Assembly (NCBI GenBank): GCA_963843575.1
Contig: CAWJKZ010000021.1
Coordinates: 288,001-352,000, forward strand
Direction: 5' to 3'
Length of the DNA: 64,000 bases
Source: an uncultured Acidobacteriota bacterium
Lineage (GTDB): Bacteria; Acidobacteriota; UBA6911
The translations under genes and the position numbers were made by a program. Positions 17,129-28,805 of the stretch are shown here, one piece after another. The notes below the pieces were generated by a model, which was not told the origin of the DNA, searched no databases, and saw only the letters and a program-made list of their open reading frames with translations. The first letter of the stretch is position 1. Each line of letters starts with the position of its first letter.

Positions 17129-20100
17129 CTAGTCGGGGATGACCATCGGCGGAAGCGCCGCCATGTAGCTGTAACCGTCGTCGTGCATCAGGCCGAAGGC
17201 GTGGAGGGAGCGGTCCGACCGGATCCGGATGTACCCGTCGAGGCGGGCCGGGAGGCCGGGGAAGAACCCGGTCAGGTACTCGGCTGTCCGGGTGCCCGGC
17301 GCCAGCGTCCGGGTCACCGACCGGTCCAGCGTGCCGTCGGGATTCCAGAGCTCGACGGTGTAGCTGGCGGTGTCGGCGTTGACATTCAGCAGTGCGATCG
17401 CTGTTTTGTAGCCGCTCGAATTTGCCGCCGAAGGAATAACGAACTCCCGGAGCGGTTCGCCGGAGAGCTGGAAGCTTGTCAGGAATGTGCTGGCCGTGCC
17501 GGTATCGAGCAGCCGTTCGTTGGTGAACGAGATCGTGCCCCCGAAATGGTCCACGCTGCTTTCGACTTCGAGCCAACCCGTAGCGATCAGCGCCGAAGTC
17601 ACACCGAATATCGCGGCGAGGTCCAGCTTCAGCTGCTCCCCTGGTGCGAGGTACTGGACATAGGGGAGCCCGATGACCGTCCCATCGGGTTCGTGCGGTG
17701 TGATCGTGAAATCGGCCCCTTCGCCATTGGCATTGATCAGGTTCAGGATTGTCACAAAGCCAGGAGCGATGGCGAACTGAGGTGAATACAGGTGCTTTAT
17801 GCCCCACCGTTGCAAATCGATGCCGTTCAGCGCCGCGAGCGCTCCCTTCGGACCGTAAAACTCGGTCATGAGGAGGCCGCCCGTCGAGGACATCCGGTAA
17901 TAACCGCTTTCCGAGGACTCCGCCTGCAGTAGAGTCGCGGTGTGGGAGCTGCGCACGTCAGTCAGTTCCTCGGTTTCGGTGAAGGTTCCGTAATCCGGGT
18001 CGTACACTTCGGCCGTATCCAGGCCATCCTCCTCGTCCTCGTCGAAGCCACCCGCGATCAGCACCTTTCCGTCTTTGAGAAGCGTGGCCGTGTGGCTGGT
18101 GCGGGGAGAGTTCATCGTGCCGGCCGCCTCGAAGGCATTCGTGTCAGGATTGAAGCTCTCGACGGAATCGAGGGAGACGGAACCGTTCGTACCGCCGGTG
18201 ATCAGGACGCGGCCGCTCTCGAGGAGCGTCGCCGTGTGCGACGCGCGCGCATCGATCAGGTTTCCGACAGTGGTGAATGTCCCCTTCATCGGGTCATAGA
18301 GCTCCGCCGACGCCAGGTATTCCCCGTTGTAGCCGCCCACAATCAGGACCTTTCCGTTTTTCAGACGTGTTGCCGTGTGGAGGGACCGGGCGACGTTCAT
18401 TGGACCCGTGAGATTGAAGTTGTCGCGGGACGGGTCGTAAAGTTCCGCGCTATTCGTCACGGTGCTGCCGTCAGTCCCGCCGGCCAGCAGGACTTTGCCA
18501 TTTACTAGCAGGGTCGCAGTGTGCGAATCCCGCCCGGCAGTCATCGGGCCCGAAGTAAGGGTGAACACGTCATTGTCGGGATCGAATATCTCGGCAGTGT
18601 CGTTGATACCATCCGAGCTTTGACCTCCCGCGATCAGCACGCGGCCGTTTGATAGCAGGGTCGCGGTGTGGCGCACCCGTTCGACGTTGAGAGAACCCGG
18701 GGTAGTCGTGAAGAGTTCACTGTCCCCCTCTTTGTCGTCGGGATCATAGGTCTCCGCGCTCGCGAGGATGTCGTTCGCGTCCTTTCCGCCGGCGATCAGT
18801 ACCCTGCCGTCCAGCAGGGAAGTCGCCGTATGCCCTTCTCTCCTCGCATTCGTGGTGTCGGACGCTGCGGAAAACGAGTTCGAACTCGGTGAGAAGATCT
18901 CCGCGGAATCAAGCGTCGCGGACGACCGGCGCCCGCCCACGATAAGCACGTTCCCCGACGCCGATCCGGTCGTCGCCGCCGAAACCGTTTCGGACGCGCG
19001 ATTGGTCGGATAGGAGACAGTGTCGTCGGCAGTCTTTATCGAGACGCCCTGCATCGCTTTGCGAGACGAGTCATAAGCCAGCTGGTTGTAGGCGGGGTTT
19101 ACAAAGTTCAGTTCGGCGGTATAGTCCTTTTCATCCTTGTCGCCATCGCCGTCAAGGTCCTTGCCGTCCCGCGAGACTTCGGGAGCAATCCACTCGTAGA
19201 GCGGCTTCCGGAAGAGCGGAAACCCGTCCATTTCGTCCATGGCGTACCCGAGCCAGGTCGCCCTGACGCGGCCGGTCGAGATGTAGCCGACCACCTTCGG
19301 TTCGTCCGTGTTGACGGCCAGCCAGCCGGTCTTCTCGGTGTAAGGATCGAGTCCGAAAATCTGGTCGACCGTCGATGCGTACTGCCCGCGTGCCGGTATC
19401 GTAATTTCTACCGGGTCCGTGATGTCGTCGCCCTCCAGCTCCGATCCGTAGTTATCGTAGGCATAGATCTTAACTGCAGCTGGCTGGTCAGAGAGGTTGA
19501 TCAGGGTGAGACCCGTGAACCGGTCCGTGGAGCTTATGTACTTCGTTCCGGCGATCCGATTCGTGCTCCTTAATAGCTCGATCTCGCCGGCGACAAAATC
19601 GAGAACGGCGAGCACCTGTCCATTCGGAGCCAGCGCCACCGTGGAGGGCTGATCGACGGCGTAGTTCGGATCGTCACCGACCAGCACTTTGCCGCAGACC
19701 GCGAAGCTCGTCAGACTCTGCTGGTAGGCGCTGTCGTCGTCCGAAGACGCGTAGTACGCGTACGACGAGTCCGGGGAGAATGCGACGTTGGCGGATCCCA
19801 CGGTGTTGGTCCCTGCCGTCGGCGCCTCGAAAGCAGCTCCGGGATCGTAGGTCGGAACGATCGTCAGGGTAGCCTCGTTGTGAATGACCCAGTTCAGCCC
19901 GTTGGGGGCCAAGGCGGTAAAACCGGGCTGTGTTCCTGCGCCACGCACGTCGAGGACTTCGCCTGTCGCCGCCTTGAAGACCATGAATTTGCCGGCAGCT
20001 GAACTGTCGCTGCCGTCCCGGGAAGCGACGATGGCCACTTCGCCATCCTTCGATAGCACGACGCTATTGAAGATCGAGAACGTCGCATAGGAGGTGTTGT

Positions 20101-21829
20101 CGGTCCCGCTGGCCTTCTCCACCTCGTCGCGCACTTTGATGGTGTACTTCTTTGAAAGGCTGCCGGCGTCGATGCACACCATCTCGTTCGCATTCGTATC
20201 CAGGAGGAAAAGAAGTGCGCCGTCAGGAGATGTGGTGATCTGAGCCGGGGCCAGGAACCCGGTCACCCGCGCCAGTTCCTTCCCGGAATCCACGGAGAAT
20301 TTGATCAGCTCACCAGATCCGGTCGAAGAGATGTAGCCCACGGATCCGTCCGGAGAGAGCGTCAACCAGCTGCCGAATCCGAACGTCGCCCCCGTGAAAC
20401 TCCAGGTCGCCTTTACCCGGTAGGTTTCCATGTCGACGACGAAAATGCGGTTTTCCAGCGCCGAAACAATGGCCAGCGTCCTGCCGTCCTTCAGCAGCGT
20501 CATCAGGGCGGGCTTGCCCCCCGTGACGATCCGCTGCAAGGTTGCGCCGGTCTCGGCCGAAAACACCAACACGGCGCCGGAGCCTGTGTAGGGCACAAAC
20601 CCCCGCCGCGAATCGGCTGAGAACAAGATGTTGGGGGAAACGTTGTCCGTCTGGTCCAGGTTGAGATCGAATTCGAGCGGAAGCGCGTTCTGGCCTCCGG
20701 AGAAGAACAACGTGCCGTTACCGAAAACCGTGATCGCATGCCCGATCCGGGCAGAGGTCATGCTTTGGCCCGGTGAAAACGTAGCGGTCGTGGGATCGTA
20801 GATTTCGGTGGTCGCGAGCGCACCGTTGCCGCTGTTACCGCCGGTCACTAGAATACGGCCGTCGGGGAGCGCTACCGCCACGTGCATGTACCGTGCCGTG
20901 CTCATCGACGCGGTCGCGGAGAATTCCCTCGTATTGGGGTCCCATACCTCGGCAGTGCTGAGGAAACCATCCTCGCTGCGCCCCCCCGCGATAAGCACTT
21001 TGCCGCTCGGCAGAAGGGTTGAAGTGTGTCCGAGCCGTTCGATTGTCATGTCGTTGGCGGTCGAGGTAAACGTGCTGTCGTCCTCGTCGTCCGTACGGTC
21101 GCTGTCCGGCTCGAAGGTTTCGGCCAGATCCAGGACCGAGCTGACGTCGCGGCCGCCGGTAATCAGGACCTTACCGTCCTGTAGCAGCGTTGCCGCATGG
21201 TCCTGGCGCCCGACGGCGAGCGATCCGTCGGTGGCGGTGAACTTCCCGGAGACAGGGTCGTAGATTTCAGCGGTGGCCGAATAGTTCGTCCCGTCGTAGC
21301 CCCCGGCGATGAACACGGTGCCGTCCTTCAGCAAAGTCGCGGTGTGCCCGGTCCGGTAGGCGGTCATGTTCGAAGAGGTCTTCTTGAACTCTCCCGTGCC
21401 GGGGTCATAAACCTCGGCGGTGTCGAGCGGTTCCCCGTTTGTCCCGCCGGCAATCAGCACTTTGCCATTGGAGAGCAGCGTGGCCGTGTGCGACCGGCGC
21501 TGCTCGTTCATTTCGCCGGTAGCCGTGAAAGTATTGGACGCGGGATCGTAAAGTTCGGCGGTGTCGAGGTAACTTCCGTTGAAGCCGCCCGCGATGAGCA
21601 CCTTCCCATTCGGCAGAAGCGTTGCCGTATGCCGTTCGCGGCCTTCGGTCATCGTTCCCAGAAACTTGAACGTGCCGGCAGCGGGCGAATAGAGCTCCGC
21701 CGTGGTTCCGGCGATCTCGCGGTTCGGGGCGACGCGGGCGAAGAATCTCTGTTGTGCAAAACCCGTGACATATAAAAGAAGGACGATTACACAAACAATA
21801 AGGACTCTGAGTGCGTTCCTGCTAGACAC
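17129..21829 (-). CDS. Large secreted protein: two 7-blade Kelch propellers, a YVTN/YncE-like propeller and beta-sandwich repeats
   Basis: GTG start after GGGAGG; signal peptide; about 14 R..HTATLL.NGKVLIAGG...AE.YDP repeats in two blocks; SPDG-type blades in between. Confidence 0.88.
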   Translation of the reverse strand: MSSRNALRVLIVCVIVLLLYVTGFAQQRFFARVAPNREIAGTTAELYSPAAGTFKFLGTMTEGRERHTATLLPNGKVLIAGGFNGSYLDTAELYDPASNTFTATGEMNEQRRSHTATLLSNGKVLIAGGTNGEPLDTAEVYDPGTGEFKKTSSNMTAYRTGHTATLLKDGTVFIAGGYDGTNYSATAEIYDPVSGKFTATDGSLAVGRQDHAATLLQDGKVLITGGRDVSSVLDLAETFEPDSDRTDDEDDSTFTSTANDMTIERLGHTSTLLPSGKVLIAGGRSEDGFLSTAEVWDPNTREFSATASMSTARYMHVAVALPDGRILVTGGNSGNGALATTEIYDPTTATFSPGQSMTSARIGHAITVFGNGTLFFSGGQNALPLEFDLNLDQTDNVSPNILFSADSRRGFVPYTGSGAVLVFSAETGATLQRIVTGGKPALMTLLKDGRTLAIVSALENRIFVVDMETYRVKATWSFTGATFGFGSWLTLSPDGSVGYISSTGSGELIKFSVDSGKELARVTGFLAPAQITTSPDGALLFLLDTNANEMVCIDAGSLSKKYTIKVRDEVEKASGTDNTSYATFSIFNSVVLSKDGEVAIVASRDGSDSSAAGKFMVFKAATGEVLDVRGAGTQPGFTALAPNGLNWVIHNEATLTIVPTYDPGAAFEAPTAGTNTVGSANVAFSPDSSYAYYASSDDDSAYQQSLTSFAVCGKVLVGDDPNYAVDQPSTVALAPNGQVLAVLDFVAGEIELLRSTNRIAGTKYISSTDRFTGLTLINLSDQPAAVKIYAYDNYGSELEGDDITDPVEITIPARGQYASTVDQIFGLDPYTEKTGWLAVNTDEPKVVGYISTGRVRATWLGYAMDEMDGFPLFRKPLYEWIAPEVSRDGKDLDGDGDKDEKDYTAELNFVNPAYNQLAYDSSRKAMQGVSIKTADDTVSYPTNRASETVSAATTGSASGNVLIVGGRRSSATLDSAEIFSPSSNSFSAASDTTNARREGHTATSLLDGRVLIAGGKDANDILASAETYDPDDKEGDSELFTTTPGSLNVERVRHTATLLSNGRVLIAGGQSSDGINDTAEIFDPDNDVFTLTSGPMTAGRDSHTATLLVNGKVLLAGGTDGSTVTNSAELYDPSRDNFNLTGPMNVARSLHTATRLKNGKVLIVGGYNGEYLASAELYDPMKGTFTTVGNLIDARASHTATLLESGRVLITGGTNGSVSLDSVESFNPDTNAFEAAGTMNSPRTSHTATLLKDGKVLIAGGFDEDEEDGLDTAEVYDPDYGTFTETEELTDVRSSHTATLLQAESSESGYYRMSSTGGLLMTEFYGPKGALAALNGIDLQRWGIKHLYSPQFAIAPGFVTILNLINANGEGADFTITPHEPDGTVIGLPYVQYLAPGEQLKLDLAAIFGVTSALIATGWLEVESSVDHFGGTISFTNERLLDTGTASTFLTSFQLSGEPLREFVIPSAANSSGYKTAIALLNVNADTASYTVELWNPDGTLDRSVTRTLAPGTRTAEYLTGFFPGLPARLDGYIRIRSDRSLHAFGLMHDDGYSYMAALPPMVIPD

Positions 21830-21887
21830 ACATCCCTCCCACAACTGTCAGTCGAAAACACAACCGGACTCTTCAGAACAGCTTGAA

Positions 21888-21943
21888 TACGAGCGCCGGC
21901 GCGTTTGTTACAGGCACGCGTAACAAACGCACCGGCGCGCGTA
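21888..21943. promoter_or_regulatory. Divergent pair of ECF-type promoters GTAACA-N14-CGTA
   Basis: Minus copy 21911-21888 points to the Kelch gene; plus copy 21920-21943 points to bamA. Confidence 0.75.
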
Positions 21944-21967
21944 GTTAGGGGCGTTTCTGGAGGATCT

Positions 21968-24540
21968 ATGCAATTGCTCTTGCTGTGCATGCTGCTGGTG
22001 CCAATGCCGCCGCTCCAGGCCCGACCTGACGACGTTCTGGTCGAGCGCGTGGACGTCCGGGGGAACCGCCGCATCCCGGAGGACACGATTCGTTTTTACA
22101 TCCAGTCCAGGCCGGGCGAACGGTACGACGAAGGGAGGCTGGAGCTCGACCTGCGCGCCCTGTACAAATCAAACTTCTTCGAATATATCGAGATCGACGA
22201 GAAAGACGGCGACACAGGAAAGGTCGTTACCTTCATCCTCCGGGAAAAACCTCTCATCCGGTCGATCCAGTATGCGGGGGCCAAGTCCTTTACGGAATCC
22301 AACATCCTCGAGCACTTCAAGGATAAGAAGGTCGGATTGACCGTCGACAGCCAGTACGATCCGGCCAAGATCCGCACGGCCGAGAGGTCGCTGCGGGACC
22401 TCATGCAGTTGAACGGAAAGCCGCTGGGCACAGTCCGGACCGAGGTAACCAGCGTTCCCCCGTCCGGCGTGCGCGTCCGTTTCGTCCTGGACGAAGGGCC
22501 GAAGGTGCGCATCGGAGCGATCCGGTTTACCGGAAACACGAAGATGAGCGACGGGGCTTTGAAGGACGCGCTGAAGCTGACGAAAGAGCGCAGCCTGATG
22601 AGCCTGTTCAAGGGCACCGACAAGTTCCACGCCGGGAAGCTCGAGGCGGACGTCGAGATGAACCTGAAGGCCTTCTACAAGGAAAACGGCTACATGCAGG
22701 TCCAGGTCGGGCAGCCGATGACCCGCATCTGCGAAGGCCCCCGCGGATTCATCCCCATGCTCCGCAAAACCCGCCTGCAGTACCTGATCGAGCTTCCCGA
22801 TCGACGCCGGCGACCAGTACCGGCTCGGGGACCTGACCCTCAGGGACTGCGGCGCCTTGAAGTGCGAGCCGCTGACGACTCTTTTCGGACTGCACAAGGG
22901 GGACGTGGTCAATTTCAAGCGCATCAAGGACACGCTGGAAGAAATCAAGAAAATCTACGGCGGCATCGGCTACATCAACTGGTCCTATATCCCGGAGCAG
23001 GAATTCGATCAGGCAAGCAAGACGATGAACCTCACGTTCACGTTCCAGCCTGACAAGATGTTCTACGTGCACCGGATCAACTTCAGCGGCAACACGAAGA
23101 CGCGCGACCGCGTCATGCGCCGCGAGTTCCTGCTCGAGGAGGGGAAACTCTTCAGCAGCCGTTTGCTGGACATTTCCGTTTTGCGGCTGAACCAGCTCGG
23201 GTTTTTCGACAAGATCGAGGAGAAAGACTACGATCTCAAGACGAACGACAAGGATGCGACGGTCGACATCAACCTCAAGGTGAAGGAGAAGAGTCAGCAG
23301 TCCATCGGACTGACGGGCGGCGTCAGCGGAATCTCGGGCAGTTTCCTCGGGGTGAACTACGGCACCAACAACTTCCTGGGCAGGGGAGAAAGCCTGGAAG
23401 TCAGCGTCACAGGCGGAACACGCTCGGCCGGATCTCATGCTTTCGTACAGCATACCCTACTTTCTGAACACCAGGTGGACGATGGGTATTTCCGCCTACA
23501 AGATGCGGTACCGGTACGACACCTACACGATGTACGGTATGACCAGTTACTCGACCGGACATCCCGTGTCCCTGTTCACCCAGCACACGACGGGCGCAAC
23601 CTTGAACGTGGGGCGCCCGCTCGGCAACACCTTCTGGCGCCTGGGAGCGAGCTACACGTACCAGAGCATCGGGATCGGGGGAATTGCATCGGGGTATGAA
23701 TCCTTCGCCCTGGGACAGCTCGGTGGGGAGCACTCCGAACGGCGACACCCAGAAGGCACTAAGCGGGATCATCCGGAGCGAAATAACGCCGAGCCTTTCG
23801 TTCAACACGACGAACAGCTACTTTATGCCGACCCGCGGCAAGAAGTCTGAACATCGCGATGGGAGTCGCCGGCGGAATCCTCTCGGGCGACTACAAGATC
23901 CTGCGCCCCTCGGTCGAATACCGCCACTTCGTCCCGGACCGCTGGATCAGCCACCGTCGAAATACGCTTGGATTCAGGCTGTTGGGTCAATATATCCGCT
24001 CCTACGGCGGCTCGACGATCCCGTTCTATGAACGGTTTTTTGTAGGCGGGGAGACGACGCTGCGCGGTTTCGACCTTCGTTCCATCAGCCCTATCGCGAT
24101 CTCCTCTACATACAAAAACGATCTGTTCAACAACACGTCGATCGACCCGGTCACCGGCTTGCTCAAAATCGACAAGAGCATTATCTCGATCGGAGGCGAT
24201 TCGCTCGGGCATGGGCAGTGCGGAGTACCGGATGCCGATTGCCGGTCCGCTGTCGATGTCGCTGTTCGCGACGTAGGGGTGAACCGTGTCTCGCACGTCA
24301 AAGGGATCGGGAAGTTCGGGGACAACGACGGTCGATCTCGTCGGCGCGACCAACACCGTGCTGCGCAGTTCGACGGGGATCGAATTTCAGTTCGTGCTTC
24401 CGATGGTGAACGCGCCGTTCCGCCTGATCTTCGCGGTGAACCCGAACAGGTGGGACGGAGACATCGCGCTCGGCACGAACGTACTGCATGCGCACGAACC
24501 GAGCCACGACATCAAGTTCACAATCGGCCGCACATTCTGA
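21968..24540 (+). CDS. bamA: BamA/Omp85 outer-membrane assembly factor paralogue, broken by about 7 frameshifts (pseudogene or assembly errors)
   Basis: Five POTRA-like units (GNRRIPEDTIR; GNTKTRDRVMRRE), NNFLGRGE, ERFFVGG..LRGF and terminal FTIGRTF, spread over successive frames. Confidence 0.88.
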
Positions 24541-24542
24541 GC

Positions 24543-24585
24543 CACGGATTCACACGGATCCGCGTGGAATCCGTGTGAATCCGTG
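24543..24585. terminator. Inverted repeat between convergent genes (possible bidirectional terminator)
   Basis: CACGGATTCACACGGAT...ATCCGTGTGAATCCGTG; no U-tract. Confidence 0.5.
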
Positions 24586-24591
24586 TCCCGG

Positions 24592-27500
24592 CTAGAATTC
24601 GAAGCGGAGGCCGGCCTGGAGGTTTCGGGGAGTGCCCTGAATCGTGGAAATCTGGCCGAAGCTTGCCGGTGTCACAAGGTTTGTCTCGGGCAATCCGAAA
24701 TTCGTGTGATTCATGACGTTGTAGGCTTCGGCTCGAAGCGCGAGGTGGCTCGTTTCGCCGAGGCGGATACGCTTTGTGAGGGCCAGGTCGATGTTGAAGT
24801 ACCTGGGCCCGAGAAACGAATTCCTCCCGGAGCTTCCGATCGAGCCTGCCTCGGGGAACGTGAACTCAGCCATCGAATCGGCGGAGAAGTAGTACACTCC
24901 ATCCGAGGTCCTGTAGATCTTCCCCTTGGCGCCGCTGCCGTCGTAGTCCGCATAGGTTGTCGTGTCCGCCCCGGCGGTGCGCCGACCAGAACTGATCGAG
25001 AACGGTTTGCCCGCCTCGTAGACCAGCAGAACACCCGCATCCCAGCCACCAAAGAGGGCGTCCATCCACTTGGGGCCTGAGCTCAGGAGCCAGCGGTTCT
25101 TCCCGAAAGGCAGCGAGTAGACGGCGCTCACATTGAAGGCGTGGGGCCTGTGGAAGTCACTGCGCGCCTTGTTCAGCCCCACGTCGAAGTTGTCGATCGG
25201 GTTCGAGAAACCGTTCCCCTCGGCTGAGGTGTTGTCCATCGACTTGCTCCAGATGTAGTGCGCATCCAGCAGCAGTCCCTCGCGTCGGTGGCGCAGGTTC
25301 ACCTGCAGGGAGTCGTACCAGGACCGGCCGGCGTTCGTGCCGTAGATCAACTGGTTGAACTGCGGGAAGTTCCGGAGATAGAAACTCGACATAGGCCGGC
25401 GCCTCGATAGCGGCTGTAGTAGTTCTTGTCTACGGTGTCGGCGGCCGTGCCGGCCTGTCCCTGGTCGATGATGCTTCCGCCGATCGCATTAATGGCCGCA
25501 TTGGCCGAACCGAACATCTTGACCAGGGTGTTGGTCGAGCTGACCGGCGTGCCAATCGCTCGAAACGACTGCAACTCGCGAAAGGCTTTCAGGAAATCCT
25601 CCTCGATCCTGGGCTGGTTCAGATCGACGTTCATGTAGAGCTTGATTCCCCTGCGTTCCGACGTAGCCGGCTTCGAGAACGGTGTCACTCCGGATCTGGC
25701 GTTGGAGGGTGAGGGCAAATTGATGGACATAGCCGGTGCGCAGCTTCGGATTCAGCACGGCGACCGACTCGGAGCGCGTCACCGACGGCGTCATGTCCGG
25801 CGAAGATCTGGGCGACAGGCTCGGGATTCCGTCGCTCAACCGCACATCCTTTCCCCCGGTGTTCGGATAGGAGGTTACGGTCTGGGAGAATCCCGTCGTG
25901 TAAGCGTCGACGGTATTATTGACTGCCCCTGACAGGTGTTCGTAGTAAAGCCCGTAGCCTCCGCGCAGTACGGTCCGTCCGCTGTTCTTCGGGTTCCAGG
26001 CAAAACCGAACCTCGGGGCGAAGTTGTTGACGTCCCGGGCATACCAGTGCTTCGTCGTCTCGATCTTGAAGTTGGAGATCTGGGAGACAGCGTCGATGCT
26101 GGACGCCTGATCGAGGGTCGCCTGCAGACCGCTGCGCTCGGTGGGCATCGCGCCAAGCTCGTATCTCAGCCCGAGGACGACGGACAGATTCGTGCGAACC
26201 CGCCAGTCGTCCTGAAGGAATGCGCTGTAGGCCCTGCCGTTGTAGGTCCGTTCTCGTTTCGTCCCGGCATCTTTGAATTCCTCGAGATCGCTGTAGAACG
26301 TCTGGGTAACTTTGTCCATACGTCCGAGGAGATCATTGTAAAGACCCTCGAACCGCTGCCTGTCGGCCGAGCTGATCACGGCGGTCCCCACCGGACCGAT
26401 ATTGCCGGTAGGAGTGTTTCCGTTGTCCCGCGCGAACGTCACGTTCGGCCAGGTCCCTTCGTCGGTCGACGAGTTCAGGGTCGTCCACGCGAACTCCACA
26501 CCCGACCGGAAATAGTGGCGGCCCCGCTGTGTCGCGGCGAAGTCGTTTGCCTGGATGACCCGGTTGTCTCTTGCCTTTGCGAATGCCGGGCTCAGCGGAT
26601 CAGTCCAGCTGTTGGACAGGAGCATGGCGCTGTTCTGCCGCCCCGGACGCAGGGAATCGAGCCAGCTTCTCCGTACGCCGAGGCGCAGTGAATTGGTCCA
26701 TTGCGACGAAAAAGTCCAATCCGAACCGACCGCATGCGAGTAGCTGCGCCCATCGTCGGTTCCGCCCTTTTCCCCCGGATACCGAGACTCGTTTCCGTTG
26801 AGCCAGTCTACGGAGGAGTTCTTATCCCAGTTCATCCGGTAGAAGAGCTGGTGCTTCTTCGTAAGAGCGTGATCGATCCGCACCGTCGCCTGATGGTCAT
26901 AGCTGTTTACCGGACTGTTGAATTGATAGCCTGAGGTGTTCAGATCGTCGCCGATGTCGTCGTTGTTGGGTTCCGGCAGTTTCGCCAGGAGCGTCGCAAC
27001 CTGGGAGTTGATCCCGAGCCTGCGCCTGTCGTTCTTGGCAATGTTGTAGCTCTGCAGATTGCCCGTGTTCGGCGTGTACCACCTGAATATTCCGGTCTTC
27101 GCTTCGGAAGTAAGGACCAGCCGGTTGCGGATCACATCCTGTTTGGTCTTCCTTCCCTGGTAATTGATGAAGAAGAATGACTTGTCGGGAATCACGGCTC
27201 CGCCAAGCGAGACGCCGAACAGGTGCTGGTTGAAAGCAGGCTGGTCGACATCGTCCGCGTTGTTGAAGAAGTTGTTCGCGTTGAACGACTTGTTCCGGAA
27301 ATATTCAAACGCGTTGCCCGACCAGCGGTTGGCCCCGGAGCGGGTGACCATCTCAACATGCGCGCCGGTGCCGGGGCCGGAGATGGGGCTTGACACGCCG
27401 TTCACAACCTGAAACGACGCGATCGAGTCCGCATTGAGGGGAATCGCGGAGAGCCCAAAAGCCGGGGTGAGCGGATCGTTTGCGTCGAGTCCGTCGATCC

Positions 27501-28059
27501 GGAGGTTCGAAGTCGCTTCGCGCGTACCATTCACGCGCGAGTGGCTCTCGTCGCCGGCCTCGACCTGAACGCCGGGCACATATGCGGCCAAGCTGGTGGG
27601 GCGTCGCTCAATCTGTGGCAACGCGACCATTTCCTGAGAATCCATACGCCCGCCCATCACAGGCTGCGGGTCGGTCAGGATCGGCCTCACCGTTGTTGCG
27701 ATGGACGCGCCCGGGTTGCCCGGTTCCAGATGGAACCGCTGGAACGAGGTCGTCCCGGCCTCTACCACTACGCCGCTGCGCACTTCCGACCGGAAGTTCG
27801 GGGCTTGCACCGTTATCGTGTATTCACCGGGCGCAAGCGTCGCAAAAAGGAAGACTCCGCCTTTGTCTCCCGTGATCTCGACGGGTTTCTTCATATCCTC
27901 CCGGGCCGCCAGGATGTGGCAATCGGGAATTCCCTCACCCGACGGGTCGAGGACCGCACCCTCCAGGCGTCCGACCGAATGCTGACAATAAACCGGCAAT
28001 GAGAGCAGGGCGATGACCAGGAATGAAATCGCGGCAGCAGACAATAGTCTTGAAAGCAT
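24592..28059 (-). CDS. Oar-like TonB-dependent receptor with a carboxypeptidase-regulatory-like domain; frameshifts near 25650 and 25395
   Basis: AGGAGGA RBS, signal peptide, EYFRN..NANNFF, QDDWRV, NNFAPRFGFAW, terminal PR.LQAGLRFEF. Confidence 0.88.
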
Positions 28060-28094
28060 GAAAGCTCCTCCTGTTGATACCTGTGCGTTCTGAG

Positions 28095-28193
28095 TACGCA
28101 GGAGCAGGGGGGTGTTACGGACCGTGAACAAAAACTTCCAATCCCGCCGGCAGGCTGTACCACCTGTCTGTAACATCCGCCGCCAATTTCGTA
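28095..28193. promoter_or_regulatory. Second divergent pair of ECF-type promoters GTAACA-N14-CGTA
   Basis: Minus copy 28118-28095 points to the TonB-like gene; plus copy 28170-28193 lies just before the sigma factor ATG. Confidence 0.75.
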
Positions 28194-28205
28194 CCAATAT
28201 CCGGA

Positions 28206-28805
28206 ATGGATCAGGAGGATGTGACTCTCATCGAGAGGACTCTGCTGGGCGACGAGTCTGGTTTCGCCGAACTGGTGAACCGCTACGAGGCGGCTGTCTG
28301 GAAGACCGTCTACCGGACGCTGGGGCACTGTGCAGATACCGAAGATGCCGTCCAGGAGATCTTCCTTCGTATATTCAAGGCCCTCGCCACGTTCGACCGC
28401 GCTCTCCCCTTCGGCCCCTGGATCGTGCGGATTGCCACCAACTACTGCATTGATCAGTTGCGACGCCGGCAGAGACAGCGGTGCGACTTTCTGCTGGACC
28501 TTTCCGACGCGGAACAGGAACGGGCGCTGGCGGATTTCTCCCGGAACGGCGATTTTCAAGCTCTTCTGGGCAAGGCTCCCGAGACGTACGAGAAGGTCGC
28601 CGAGGCGTTCCTGAACAATCTGGACCCCAAGTACAAAACGGCCTTTGTCCTGAGAGAACTCGAAAAACACAGTTACACGGAAATCGCCGAAGTTCTGGGT
28701 ACGACCCAGGTCACAGCACGTGTGCGGGTTTCCAGGGCGCGAGCTAAAATCCGGCGGAAATTCGAGGGATATCTCTCCGGAGAAGAGTTGGACAGTCAGT
28801 CATGA
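28206..28805 (+). CDS. ECF RNA polymerase sigma factor
   Basis: Region 2 (EDAVQEIFLR, W..RIATNYCID) and region 4 (SYTEIAEVLG....RVRVSRAR) only. Confidence 0.93.
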   Translation: MDQEDVTLIERTLLGDESGFAELVNRYEAAVWKTVYRTLGHCADTEDAVQEIFLRIFKALATFDRALPFGPWIVRIATNYCIDQLRRRQRQRCDFLLDLSDAEQERALADFSRNGDFQALLGKAPETYEKVAEAFLNNLDPKYKTAFVLRELEKHSYTEIAEVLGTTQVTARVRVSRARAKIRRKFEGYLSGEELDSQS

